Source: Chlorokybus atmophyticus
Lineage: Eukaryota; Plantae; Mesostigma and Chlorokybus algae
Assembly (NCBI GenBank): GCA_009103225.1
Contig: RHPI01002990.1
Coordinates: 576,767-640,766, forward strand
Reading direction: 5' to 3'
Length of the DNA stretch: 64,000 bases
The stretch's first letter is position 1; every line of letters starts with the position of its first letter. Position numbers and translations under genes: made by a program. Under the pieces are notes generated by a model. The model was not told the DNA's origin, made no database searches, and saw only the letters and a program-made list of their open reading frames with translations. Below are positions 25,121 through 37,562 of this stretch, in pieces.

Positions 25121-27528
25121 GCGTGAGTCGTCACGCTCAATGCGGGAACGACTTCAGTCGACAAGTCTGCACTAACCACACCAGCGTCAGAATGCCGGCA
25201 AGTTACACCCTTCGAGCCAACGCATCAACCATCAGAGACACAATCGTCCGCAGCATGGCAGCGACTCCTGGACACTCTAACAGCCCCAGCCCCCAGACAC
25301 TATGCTCAGCCGCATGCCAGACTGTCACTTCAAGGTGTCATGCCATTAACAACCACAGCCTACCACTAGCGAACTTCTACTCGCTAATGCAGCTACAGGC
25401 ATGCGCTTTGTCAGCCCGCTCCAGCCGCGGCATGCACACGTTAGGTCTGCCCTGCACGCAGGCACCAATCACCTCAGCCTACCAACCCGCAGCGCACCTT
25501 GTGCAACGACCTAGCAGCAGCTGGCGCAAGCGACCACGGACGCAGAAGCACCTGGCAGCACCGCCGCAGCTGCCACCAACACAGCAGCCGCCACCAATAC
25601 CGCCACTGCCGCCGCCACTGAGACAGACTTTGCCACCGCAATGCTATGGAGTGCTGCGGATTTCATGTAGGCAAGCTAGGGCTTTATTGACGCTAACGTA
25701 AGATTCATGCCACACGCACAGCACGCACTGCTGCCACCGCGTGGGCAAGCCATTGCAATCACAATTGTTGACCACGTTAATATGATGCCGAGTGATGACA
25801 GGTGGTTCAACAACCGGGCGCAGTTATGTTTCCATTAGGGCTGCGCGGGAAAGCACGCGTCTAACGCCCGGAAGTGCTCCTGGTCACTTTTTCTGTCTCG
25901 CTCAGTTTTTAACCAAGAAAGCACGAGGATTCCCTGGTTATTTTGCCGGGAAGGGTTGGCCTTGGCTCGCAATGGACCTGTGGCAGGAGTATTGACCGCT
26001 TGCGAGATCGTACGGCAGGTAGGCTAATGTAGGGCAAGCAGATGGTGGAAGATCGCCCATAGATGGGCGAGCCTACGATAGAAGCCTACAAAACTCTGTA
26101 TGGACCGTGCAATACCTGCTTTTTTCATGTAATTGGCCAGTCATCATGTTTTTGTCGCGGCGTGACTTTCCGTCGTGTCAACATTCCGGTTAGCCAAACT
26201 TGGCATCATAACGTGCGTCGACTTCCAGCGCACCACACCATATGCACCCCGTGCAGGGGGCAACTGCGGCTCAGCATTGTAACGTGAAGAAGACGCAAAC
26301 GTTCATCACGTCCTGTACAATAAATGCCGCGTTGCATCAAATACCAAGCGACCACCTACGACGCTGCTGCTATCCGTCCCGGCTGCTCATTGACCGACTT
26401 GTAAGGGCTTAGGCTTTGGCAAGGGCTTGCAAGTTGCAACATTGCTCCGGTCACTGGCCTACGTGAACACCTGTAGATCCCGACGACGGTGGACGGGACG
26501 TTTGACCGCACAGATCCAGCCACTGGACCGGCGCTTCGGCCAGCTGACTACCAACGTGGCGAAAAATGGTGTACTTGCCCATCTCTGAAGCGGACTTTTG
26601 GCGGCCATCCGTCAGTGTCAACTCTGACATCCATCCGCGGCCTACCGCGAAAGAGTGGGCGATGCTGTTCCGGTCCAATAAACGGCCCATGTGTCCCGGC
26701 GTGAGGTGTTGCGTCACATCAAGTAGGACGAATGCCTAGTAGATAGCCAGCGAGTCGTAACGTTCGCCAGTCAGCGTAGGGGCCCTACCAGAGAGCAAAT
26801 ACTGAAGGGGCTCATGAGTCATGACTGAGGCAATACTACCGTTTAGACACGTACATAACAACCCACTCACTTTTGCGAAATATTTTTCGTCGCAACCTTT
26901 CACTATAATGACTACAGAAGTCAATGCAATGCATTGATATTAAGATAGCAGGGCCTAACATTTGTTGATTACGACCCAAGTCATAAGATAATCATTTTGG
27001 GGTTGTGATGTACGTGTCTCTACGGTACTCTTGTCCGCAATGCGGCATTGTTGGCAACGCAATCTGTTGCCCTTTCTCTCGTAATATCTGACATTGTTGC
27101 AAATTCATGAGCACCTTGCAGTTGAATTAAGGCATTACTACCACAAGGCCATAACGCCACGCTTTGTTATTGCAATGATACCAAGATTAAACACATATAT
27201 TATTAAAACATAATGTAACTCATTCGTAACTATATTAATGTATCTACTAAAATATAAGCGAGAGAGAGACAATTTATACTTTACATGCGTGCGTGCGTGC
27301 GTAACCAATATAAAAGTGTTTGCATGAGCGTGCACATTGCGTGTGCAAGCTTTGAAGTCACGCACACGCAGTGCCACTGCTGACGGCCAGAGGAAAGAGA
27401 GAGACACACTAATGGCGACAACAGCCAGTAATAATGTCAAGCACAGGCGTGTCGAACAATGTATGCAACTTTACGTACGTGTGCAGTAAACCTCCCTCGT
27501 TTCATGCCACAAACAACGCCACCAATGC

Positions 27529-27888
<360 letters not shown>

Positions 27889-28134
27889 GCAAAAGTATAT
27901 ACACGTTGATGTAGGAAACGTTAAAGTTATTGTGTTGGATCACGAATTGGATGTGCGGCACATCCAATGCATGAGGTTATCAAAATTTTGCATAACATCA
28001 GCAGCAATACATTGGTAGGCATGTTAACTTAATTAAATATCTGGTGCGTCATCGTTTCATCTCAATTATTGCAGTGCTCCAACTTGTTTTTGGTAATTTT
28101 CGATAAAGCTTTCAATATATATTTTTAAACCCGC

Positions 28135-28494
28135 TGTAACGGAGTGCTACTTTTATAGAGGTTCCTCGCCCTTAATTAGGATTAAATAAGGGTCGCAACG
28201 GGTATATATAGTTAATTAAGCCGTATTAAGGCCAATAACCTAAAATTAAGGCCCTAATGTAGTGTTACTTACCTGCAATACTGATATGGACACAAAACAT
28301 GAGTCTAATGTCGATATTAGTTGTATGACGGTACTGCTAACGCAGCGGCCGCCATAGCTAGGGGATCTTCTGCTCCGGTAGTTGCCCCTGGCGGCGGTGG
28401 TGTCGACAGCCTGGCTGGAGGAGGTGTCGACAGCCTTGCTGGAGGCGATGTTGAGGTAGGGGATTATAGGGGGCAGTAGCACCCCTCCTTTACA
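28135..28494 (+). mobile_element. Solo LTR of the same family as the chromovirus at 36370-43261
   Basis: TGTAACGG...TTTACA, colinear with LTRs 36370-36706 and 42894-43261; flanked by near-identical 5-bp TSD CCCGC/CTCGC; no PBS or internal sequence adjacent. Confidence 0.92.
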
Positions 28495-30685
28495 CTCGCA
28501 ACCTATGCATAAATGAATGATTAATGTATGAGTTGAGTCGCCAGCAAGTTGGTAATAATTTCGTAATGTGCACGCGAAGTTATTTTTATTAAAACACTTG
28601 AAAAATTGGTAGCACAACTGTATATTATACAGTGCATATAATGTAATGTTTATGCATCGATGGTAGCGACAAACATGATTGTAATTGTTGCTTGTTGCTT
28701 CCAACGCAATCATCATATTATGACATACGGTTGTATTGCAAGTTGCAATACAATCGTATCATTTCAATGTGTATACATAGTACACAAAAGTTTTGTGATT
28801 TGTAATTTATTGTTTGATGTATACATAGTTTTTGCATAGCTTAAAATGGTTGGTACATAACACAACGGAGATGAATATGTTGCTGAACACGAGCAGTTCA
28901 ACTTGAGCATAATGCAAAGGCTATGATACAAACAACGTATTATGATTATGAGAATGAAAGGACGGGCAAATGCTACATTCACGCAAAAAGCCGCATGTTC
29001 GCTTTATTGAACATATAATTGGTTAATTAAGTTAATAGTGTGAGGTGTTGATCATGCTTTGGTGCTTGAGAATAATATCTTGCTATCTAGAGATCACGGT
29101 TGCAACTTGACCTTGACTTCTTACATGGGGCAATGAATTCATCACATTACATGTAGAATTTGGCGTATAAGTTGTTAAAGGGGTGAAAACATGACACTTT
29201 GATATTCACGTTGACAATGGTCAGTGGTCTTTAATGACCAGTTTATGGTGGTGGTGGATTTACAACCATAAGGATGCAAAGACATATGTGTTTGCAGCTA
29301 AGTAACATCAGCACCTTAACCACGAAGGTGCATGGCAATACAAGTCGCTACCATAGCGGGAGCCACGTAACATCATGTCATGACAACTTGTTTGTGGAAA
29401 CCAGTAAACGGTATAACAGCTTGAAGATGTGTACCAACTTCCATGAACAATCTTGCTTGTGTGATTGTTCATACCTATCATCTTCAGATCACAGCTTGTA
29501 TGTTTTTCAACAGTATCAATAGCAAGGTTAACGCTTGATGTATATGTCATTTGGTGACACACATGTCGATATTACGAAAGTCGTAAAGAATACCATGTAT
29601 TCCGCACATAACACGCACAGCAACAACATTACTCCCACCTCCCCTTGACCACTTGCATCACGCCCCCGTTACCAATGCAGGTTAAATATATTGTCCATTG
29701 CTGCATTGTGGTTCCACATCCCATCTACTAGTGCATGCACGTGGCTGGAACAATGGTAGTGGCAGAGTGTGTCAGCTATGCTTTCTGATCACTTATGAAG
29801 TTTTGCTGCATTGTCGGTCGATACATACAGCAATCTATGCTTGTTTACCACTAGCACTCGTAAACCTAAATGGACCATTTGCCCGCAAGTGGCACTCATG
29901 TTTTCCAATGGACCATTCGCACACCTCATATCGTATACACCTTGGCCCCCGTCCAATATTGACTGCTTGTGCTTGTTGATCTGCTTGACCATCTTGCATG
30001 CCAAGTGTTTGCATGCATAAACCCTGTTCAAGTGTGCTTTGCGCAACTCTAGTGTAAGTTGCACAAATTTGAACAACTTATTTTGGGGCCAGGTAGCAGG
30101 TGGTAGTAGGAGGTGGTAGTGCAATGCTATGCTATGCAGTGCCAGTCCACAATAACAACCACACATCAGCTACAACTACATACGCACACAGTCGGTGACA
30201 GGCGGCAGGCACAAAGATGTTGAGTAGAAAACACTAGAGGTAGAGGGCTTAGGCTAGCTAAGTGAATGCAAGCCATGGTAGCAGGACAAGGCAGTAGAGG
30301 ATAGCAGCGTGTGTACTTGCGCAACCCTATAGGCTTGTCAGCGACCGCTACAACCATGCGCTAGCCCCCAACATCGCATGTCGTATATTTTGTCGAGTCG
30401 AGGAGAGTCGAGTGTCACGTTGTCTCGTGCAGCTGGAAGGGAAGACATGCTTGCTGGACACGCCACTTTGGCATGCTGTAGCATGTCTGGTGGTGTTAGC
30501 AAACAGAAAGATAACTTAGCTCTTGTACCAGTAGGTGCTTCTTGGAGCACGTCTGCAAATGTGGAGTGGTGCGGACATGTGGAGAGAATCCCCTCCTTAG
30601 TTCACATGCTGTGTTGTAGGACACACAGTCAACAAGCCACCCCCCCCTGAGCCTCTGAGGAGGTTCCCGCTCCAGAGCTCAGTGT

Positions 30686-30880
30686 TTAGCGCGAGTGTGG
30701 AGGATCGTCCGCATGGCAGTCATCGCACCAATACTCTTCCATGGGTACCGCATCCAGTGGTGGCTCCAGGCAGTAGCAATGCAAGCCCTTGTTACAGCCA
30801 TCGCAGAGCCTCATGAGCGAGTCGTCGTCGGCGCTGCCGCAGCGCTCACAACGCGTGCTGCGGGCGGGGCGAGGGTGCTT
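30686..30880 (-). other. Intact PHD finger (C4HC3) at the end of the integrase region
   Basis: CERCGSADDDSLMRLCDGCNKGLHCYCLEPPLDAVPMEEYWCDDC. Confidence 0.92.
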
Positions 30881-33280
30881 CAGAATCTTACTACGTAAGG
30901 GAGGTGACACGGCGCGCAGTTCACCATGTTGTCCTTCAACCTTTTGCCGTTCTGATCGAGGATGTCCAGTACCCCCCTTAGGTACACCTTGAGCACCTTG
31001 TAGACTATATGGCCAACTGAGGTGTTGAGCGTGTCCTTGGTGGCCTCCATGCGGTAGGCGAAGTTTCTTGCTTGAAACCGGCGTTGGCGCTCCTTGTAGC
31101 AGCCACTGCGCACGCGTTCATAGCTTAGCGTGTCGCGGTGCTGCGCGATGCGCAAGTTGTTGAAGGCCATAGGGATGTCATAGTGCATCCAATCGGGGTC
31201 GTCGAGGTTGTTCACCACGCAATCCACCTCCTGCTGTGCACAAAAAGGAAGCAGCGGCGGTCGCCCGAACCATAGATAATACGTGATGTACTCGCGCAGC
31301 ACTGCCTGCTTTGACAGTCGGTATCCAAGAGCCACCCATGGGAGGTGGTCATCCCAGGTATTCTTCTCGTACTCCAGCACATACTTGCGGAGTGCCTTCT
31401 TGATGGTCTACACCGTGCACTCGGTGACCGTCACCTTGTGGGTGGTCACGCGAAGTACGGCGATGGTTGATGTAGCACATGTCTAAGAGAGTGTCGAACT
31501 CCCCTCTGAACTCAGTGCCTTGGTCGGTGATGACCACTGCGCAGCTGCCGAACCGTTTGAGGACATGAGAGAGGAAGGCTTGAGCCACCCCCCTACATTC
31601 TCTTGTCGGGTAGTTGCACCAGCTCCACCCACTTCGAGAAATGCTCAATCATTATTAGGATGTAACGGTTGCCGCGTGCCGAGGGTGCTAAGTCTCCCAA
31701 GATGTCAAGTCCCCATCGATGAAAAAGGCCGGAAATGGAAAGACGGTGTAATGTAGCGCTGCGTGTGTTGAGGCTGGCGCGCACCATTTCACATTGATGA
31801 CAGTGACTTGCAAATTCCTGCAACTGCTTGTACAACCCATGCCACCAATACTGTGCGCTTACAAGGCTGACTGTGCGCTTGACACCGAAGTGACTAAGCT
31901 CAGTGTGAAGGGCGGTGATCATGCCTTCATGTGTGGCCGGTTTCGGTACCTCTTTGTCTTCATCATGGAGGCAACGATACAGCTTGTCATCCGCCCAGCG
32001 GTAGTGCTGAGTGCGTTGGTTGACGCGGTCTTTCACACGCGCGCACTCATATCGCAGGGAAGTTGACCACTTTGAAGGAAGGAGAGGGATGGCTTGTCCA
32101 GCCATAATCCCTGCCTGGTGTCGGTGAGTGCCAGCTCTGTGTCATTGACCTCAATGTCGCCATCGCAAGTGGTCCCTGCGGGTGTGGTGGTTGCGGAGCC
32201 GGTGGGCTTAAGAGCGGGTACCTCTTCAATTGTTGCTGAGGCATTGGCCTCGGTCTTGCGCCCTGAGCGTAACGCGGCAACAGCAAACATGGCAGCCTCG
32301 GTCGAGCTGATGATGTGGGGCCGAGCTTCCGTTGTATCGTTGGTGCTCAGGTGGGGGTTACGACTGAATCCATCGGCGTCTTGATTGGTGAGGCCAGCAT
32401 GATGGTCAACCTCGAAGTCATACTCCCGCTATAGCAAGGCCCAACGGGCAAGTTTCCTTGTCAGATGTTGGTTGCTTATCAACCACTTGATTGGCTGATG
32501 ATGGGTAATCAACTGAAACTACGGCCGAAAAAGAAGGATTGGAAGAAGGAAATAGCCCAGATTGCAGCGAGACACTCCTCTTCGTAACTGCTGTAGTTGG
32601 CCTCGGCACTGTTGTTGCTCCGGCTGGCGTACGACACCACCCACTCTTTCTTGAAAATGTTGGTGAGGTCTGTTGGAGCAGGGATAGCTGCCATGGCCTC
32701 CACCTTTGCCTGCTGTACGTACACACCGTAAGGCACAATCATCTGTCCCAAGCAGGGTACCTTGTGAGTGAAGATGGTGCACTTGTCGGGGTGCACCGTC
32801 ATCCCCACTCCCTTGAGCCTCTCCAGCACCTCCTCAATGTGATGTAGGTGCTCTTTGTTGCCGCGACTGAAGTTGAGGATGTCGTCGATGTAGCACCGCG
32901 CAAAAGTTAGCCCCTTCAAGGCTTTGTCCATCACGCGCTGGAACGTGACAGGGCATTCTTCTGCCCGTACGAAATCACCTTGCACTGGTACAACCGTTGG
33001 TTGCCCCAGATTAATGTCTTGTGTTTGTCCTCGACCTTGATGGCGATTTGGTTGTACCCTTGACGCATGTCGAGGATGCTGAAGACTGTGCAATCTCTTA
33101 CATCAAAGATGCCCTTGACTTTAGGCATTGGGTACCTGTCTTGTTTGGTCTTGTTGTTGAGGTGGACGGTAGACGCTGCACATGTGCCGTTCTGTTTAGT
33201 TGCCTGCCGAATCCTTCTTCAGTATCATCACGGTCGCGGCTGCAAAGTTCGATGTGGACTCCTCAACACATGGCTTGACG
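30686..33280 (-). mobile_element. Degenerate Ty3/gypsy pol fragment: RT-RNase H-integrase with C-terminal PHD finger
   Basis: STSNFAAATVMILKKD; YPMPKVK..FSILDMRQGYNQI; TFQRVMD..CYIDDIL; VVSYASRSNNSAEANYSSYEEECLAAIWAI; HTELSHFGVKRT..QYWWHGL..CHQC; WGLDILG; VITDQGTEFRGEF; TSRDHPQGDG; PPT-like G run at 30640-30648. Many frameshifts and stops. Confidence 0.92.
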
Positions 33281-33284
33281 TTGA

Positions 33285-34396
33285 AGGACCATGTATGATC
33301 CGTACCCCGCGGGCCAGGACTGCCTGGTCCGCGGGGGACGGACGGTTCCTGGTCCATTCGGGGCCCCGCGGCCCGTGAATGGCTGGCGCGGCGACGCGCA
33401 CGGCGCATGGTCCGCGCCGCACCATGTACGGAGCAGCACGGACCAGTGACCGCGGCCCTTCCGCTATCAAGAGTAGGTAGCAACAACCTACGTAAGGTAC
33501 AACAGATTGCCTAAATGCCTGATTCGGCTGTTGACCATGTTTGATGACGCAGTAACTATAGCGTGTAATCAATTAGCGTTAAAGGGTAAAGTGGATTAGT
33601 TAGAACGAGGGTGGTTAGTGGCGGCATGTCTTTGGGGTATGGGGCCTGCCCCGACCTCGTACCGCAAAAAACGCGGCCGTTTTAACCACTAACTGTGCCG
33701 CAATTTTACCAAGTCCCTAGTAATTTTGGGTCGCCGTTGGTAAGCGGTTGCCGCTGAGATATGTTTCAGCATCTTTTACGCATCTTTGCAATGATTGGCC
33801 ATTTCGCTGCCTTTTTGAGCAACTGGCTGTTGTCATCGTTGCGATCCCATTTGATCAAATTCATGCGTGACCAAATGGTGGCCTAACGATGCAATTTTTC
33901 GTTTAGTTGAATCTTAACGTTAAGGTAATTTAGGTTAGCATTATTTTGATGGTCGTAACCTCGGCATTACTTACTGAGTATCGCAGCACGTACCGTGGCG
34001 TGAACGTTACATTGATTATTAAGTTTTGAAACACTTAACAGCATTTGCTAATCATATCGCACCATGTTGCACCATATTGCAGCATATGTATCAATATTAT
34101 TAATGTAATACACTAAAATGATCAACACGCAGCCATAAGCGGCCATGTATGCAGAACTGTGCTTAATTTTACATTTATTGGCATGCGCTTAAAAAATTGG
34201 ATGTGCCTTGGACGGCCATGATCGTGTTTAGGCAGATCTAACGGTGTAACGCTTATTCTCGCCGCCTAGCCAATGAGAAGCAGGCGGGCCGCACATACTG
34301 CCGCGCAGCCCTGCAGTCGCGGGTGCCGTGTGATGGCCCTGACGCGGGATGTGTGGTGTAGGTTGAATGCCGACAGGCCGGCCGGCCCGACCAATA
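33285..34396. mobile_element. Probable non-autonomous element inserted at the RT start: hairpin-rich left end, body shared with 1-412, and CCAAT repeat copy 2
   Basis: RT homology stops near 33270-33285; GC hairpins at 33299-33420; 33683-34090 matches the window start; 34260-34396 matches 1097-1230, in the same order as at the window start. Boundaries are approximate. Confidence 0.6.
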
Positions 34397-34411
34397 GGCG
34401 TGATGGGCGTA

Positions 34412-34551
34412 ATGAATTTGCGCTTATAGCATATATATGCTCTTAACGTTCAAAAGCATAACCCTGCCAAGAGCATACGATATGAATTTGCGCTTATAGC
34501 ATATATATGCTCTTAACGTTCAAAAGCATAACCCTGCCAAGAGCATACGAT
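34412..34551. repeat. Perfect 70-bp tandem duplication within a truncated MITE end
   Basis: 34412-34481 is identical to 34482-34551; the region 34395-34591 is an inverted homologue of 35170-35320. Confidence 0.95.
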
Positions 34552-34593
34552 TTTTGAGGATAATAGTATGCTCTGACAAAAGGGTAGACTATA

Positions 34594-35119
34594 TAGTCTA
34601 CCCCCGGTAAAAGACTTCGGTTTATGAGAATAACCCCGTTGAGATCAAAGATTGCAAAAGACCAATGGTTTTACAGGCAAATATCATCGGTTAGTGGAAT
34701 AGTTTTGTACGCATTAAGACTACAACGGAGGGTTAATCTTTTGAGTGAGCTCAGTCTTGTTACGGGGGAATACCTCGTTGATGGCATGTTTATTTTAATA
34801 TTATAAGCACAAACATATTAAAGGACTCATATATAGTTACGTAGACTCATGTATAGTTATGTAGACTCATGTATAGACTCATATATAGTTACGTACATAC
34901 TATTAGTAATCAATTTATTGTTGACTATTATTGATTTGGTCTATGCCACGTTGAAATATAATAACGTGGCTTACGGTTATTTCGCAATGCCCCTGTTAGT
35001 AAAATATATATTATGTAAAGAATAAAATAAAATACATTATAGTAAACGCCAAGAGAATAACCCCGTTAATGGAATGAAAGCTGAAAGATACACGTGATTT
35101 GTATAGCGGAGGTAGACTG
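34594..35119 (+). mobile_element. TA-flanked MITE (Tc1/mariner-type TIR), family shared with 62556-63026
   Basis: Left TIR TAGTCTACCCCCGG after TA; right TIR GCGGAGGTAGACTG followed by TA (35120-35121); both ends align to 62556-63026. Confidence 0.85.
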
Positions 35120-35169
35120 TACAGTTAAGGTACATAGTTGTATCTAATTGCATTGAAACATTTATTGTA

Positions 35170-35643
35170 CAGTCTACGCCTTTTAATAGCATACTGCTTA
35201 TTTTTTAAGATAGTTTGCTCCTGGCGGGGTTATGCTCTTGGCGATAAATAGCATAATATGCTCTTAAACATTAAGAGCATTTGTATGCTATAAAGCAGTT
35301 TAATACGCCCATCACGCCCATTACATCACGCGCATTACGTCACGTCTATTATGCCATCACGCTCATTACGCTGATTACGTGTTGCACTGTATCCCATCAC
35401 GCCTTGTCCATCACACTCATTACGCCTGATGACAAACCCGTCACGCGCTACTCCCTCAATGTTAAGAATATGCACACTTACATTTGCAAAAATGTCATGA
35501 AAAGTAAGTAATATGCTCTTCGCGGTTAGTCATATTCTCTGAAGCATTAACATTTGCCTGTAGTATAGCGTCGGTGATGTCAAAACGTATGCTACAAGCG
35601 GGGTTATTCTCCTGGAGCAAAGTCTTTTAGCGGGGGTGGACTG
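35170..35643 (-). mobile_element. Second TA-flanked MITE (related subfamily, opposite orientation)
   Basis: TA-CAGTCTACGCC...GCGGGGGTGGACTG-TA; the reverse complement of its right end matches the left end of the 34594 and 62556 copies; internal CATCACGC/CATTACG repeats. Confidence 0.82.
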
Positions 35644-35782
35644 TATAACGCACACATGACGCATATGTGCACCGTGCATGTTGTGCTCAAAATGTATTTC
35701 TTTTATTCATTCGTATACTTTGTGCAATTGCACGATATGGGGATGTGCTTTGGAAGGTTGAAATTTGTTTAACACAAATCGA

Positions 35783-35969
35783 ATGGCCGATAGCTGATAA
35801 ACGTCGCATAGCCAATGAGAGGCAGGCGGGCTGCTCGGTATGCGCGGCAGGCATGCAGTCTCGGCTGCCGTGTGTGATGGCCCTCAATGCGCGTGATGTG
35901 TCTTTGTGCCCTAATGCCGGCCTCCCGGCCGGCCGGCCGGCCCAATCCCGCCCAATCAGCCGCACCGCT
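35783..35969 (+). repeat. GC-rich CCAAT repeat, copy 3
   Basis: Aligns to 1075-1249 including AGCCAATGAG (35810-35819) and CCCAATCAGCCGCACCGCT. Confidence 0.88.
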
Positions 35970-36369
35970 AGTTGCACAAGTGCTCTTAACGTGTTATTGA
36001 CTGTCGGCTATACACCCGTGGACAGCCGCAAGTGGATAGCCGCAAATGGTCGGCGGCTGATTGACAGCCGGCCGGCTGTCAATTAAGCTGTAAGGGGCTA
36101 TCTATGCAATCAACATACTTCCTAGTACCATACGTGTATTTTCAAAAATTTGTGGACATGCACCGTTAACATGTTCTATGCGTTTATCTCAGTATCTACG
36201 TATACATGAACATTATACATGTGTATACGTTAATGCATTAATTATATCACATAATATATATACATATAAATGTTAGCGTGTGCACAAATGAATCTACTCT
36301 GATACGCATGAATACGCAGGTTTACATGGTTATATCAGTAGTATTTGATTGAGCCGTATACAAGGTATT

Positions 36370-36706
36370 TGTAACGGTGTGCTATTTACATAGAGGTTCC
36401 CCGCCCTTATTAGAATTAAATAAGGGTCCCAACGGGATTATACAGCCTAGTAAGCCATATTAGGGCCGTTAACTTATGATAAGGCCCTAATGTAGTGTTA
36501 CTTATGTGTAACACTGATATGGACATGAGACATGAGTCTCATGTCGATATCAGCCGCAATGCGGCGCTGCTAACGCAGCGACCGTCATAGCCAGGAAATC
36601 TTCTGCTTCGGCGGTCACCCCTGGCGGCGGCGGCGTGGGCGTAGTGGCTGGTGGTGGTGTTGGGGTAGGGGATTAAAAGGAGGAGGGAGCACCCCCCCTC
36701 ATTACA
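36370..36706 (+). repeat. 5' LTR
   Basis: TGTAACGG...ATTACA; about 26 substitutions, a 1-bp indel and a 30-bp insertion relative to the 3' LTR (hand count). Confidence 0.95.
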
Positions 36707-37562
36707 TTGGTATTGGAGCGCGGGCGGCGAGGGGCTTGTGGGAGGGGCGGCGGCAGGCGGCAGCGACTGCAGCGGCGGCGGCGGCAACTAGCAGCCGCTA
36801 CCCACTAGGGTGGGTAGTGGTAATTGTTAGCTAGTTGTTGTTGTTGTTGTTGTTGTTGTTATAGTAGTTATAGTTGCTGCTGGTGCTTAGCCTAGCTTAG
36901 CCTAGTTTGCTTGCCTTGCCCTGCCTTGCCTAGCGAGGCTTGTTAGCTTGCGTGAAAGGGAGGCGGCCACTCAGGCAGCCCCCTCCTAAGCATGGCATGC
37001 CCAGCACATCACTTGTAATCACATTATTGTGATACCATACTGTGCTTGTGCTTGTGCTTGTGTGCTTGCCACCACGTGGATTCGTGGTGGTGTGAAGGGT
37101 GTGAAATTGTATCACAAAACCAACCCTTGTGAGGCAGTCCGGTGGCAACATCGGCTGCCGTTACCGCCAGCCAGTGCGGTGAGGCCGCCAGAGTCACTCT
37201 GTGCGGCCGATATCAAACTCACAATGCACAACTCGCTGATATTAGCCTGTAGGGTTGCTTCAACGAGATTTTGGCACCCTGTGTGTTAATTACAATTGTG
37301 GGTTGAGCTGAGTTGTACAAGGTCAAAACTTTGACAAGATGTAACTTGTAAACAGCCGCGTGGATTCGCGTGCGGTTTGTTTCAACGTGAGTGTCTAGTT
37401 GAAAGGTGTGTGGAGAGCTCTTGTTTGAGCTGAATACTCCACGTTAAGCACTTGAAACTTGACGAGACAAAATCTGTAGATTGTGACACTTTTGCAATGC
37501 ACAACTTGGGTGTTTTGTGCACTTGCACACTTCTACTATTAACGGCTTGTATTCTTGGGCAG

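Noticed and set aside
25785-25900. Possible tRNA or C/D snoRNA (GTGATGA, GGTTCAA)
   Set aside because: No cloverleaf and no suitably placed CTGA D box.
27138-27440. Minus-strand ORF with a signal-peptide-like start (MTLLLAVVAISVSLSFLW)
   Set aside because: No downstream exons or domain; the rest is AT-rich and low complexity.
30363-30370. tRNA-Pro PBS-like TGGGGGCT on the minus strand, suggesting tandem elements sharing an LTR
   Set aside because: Only 8 nt match, it is not adjacent to a CA LTR end, and no recognisable gag follows.
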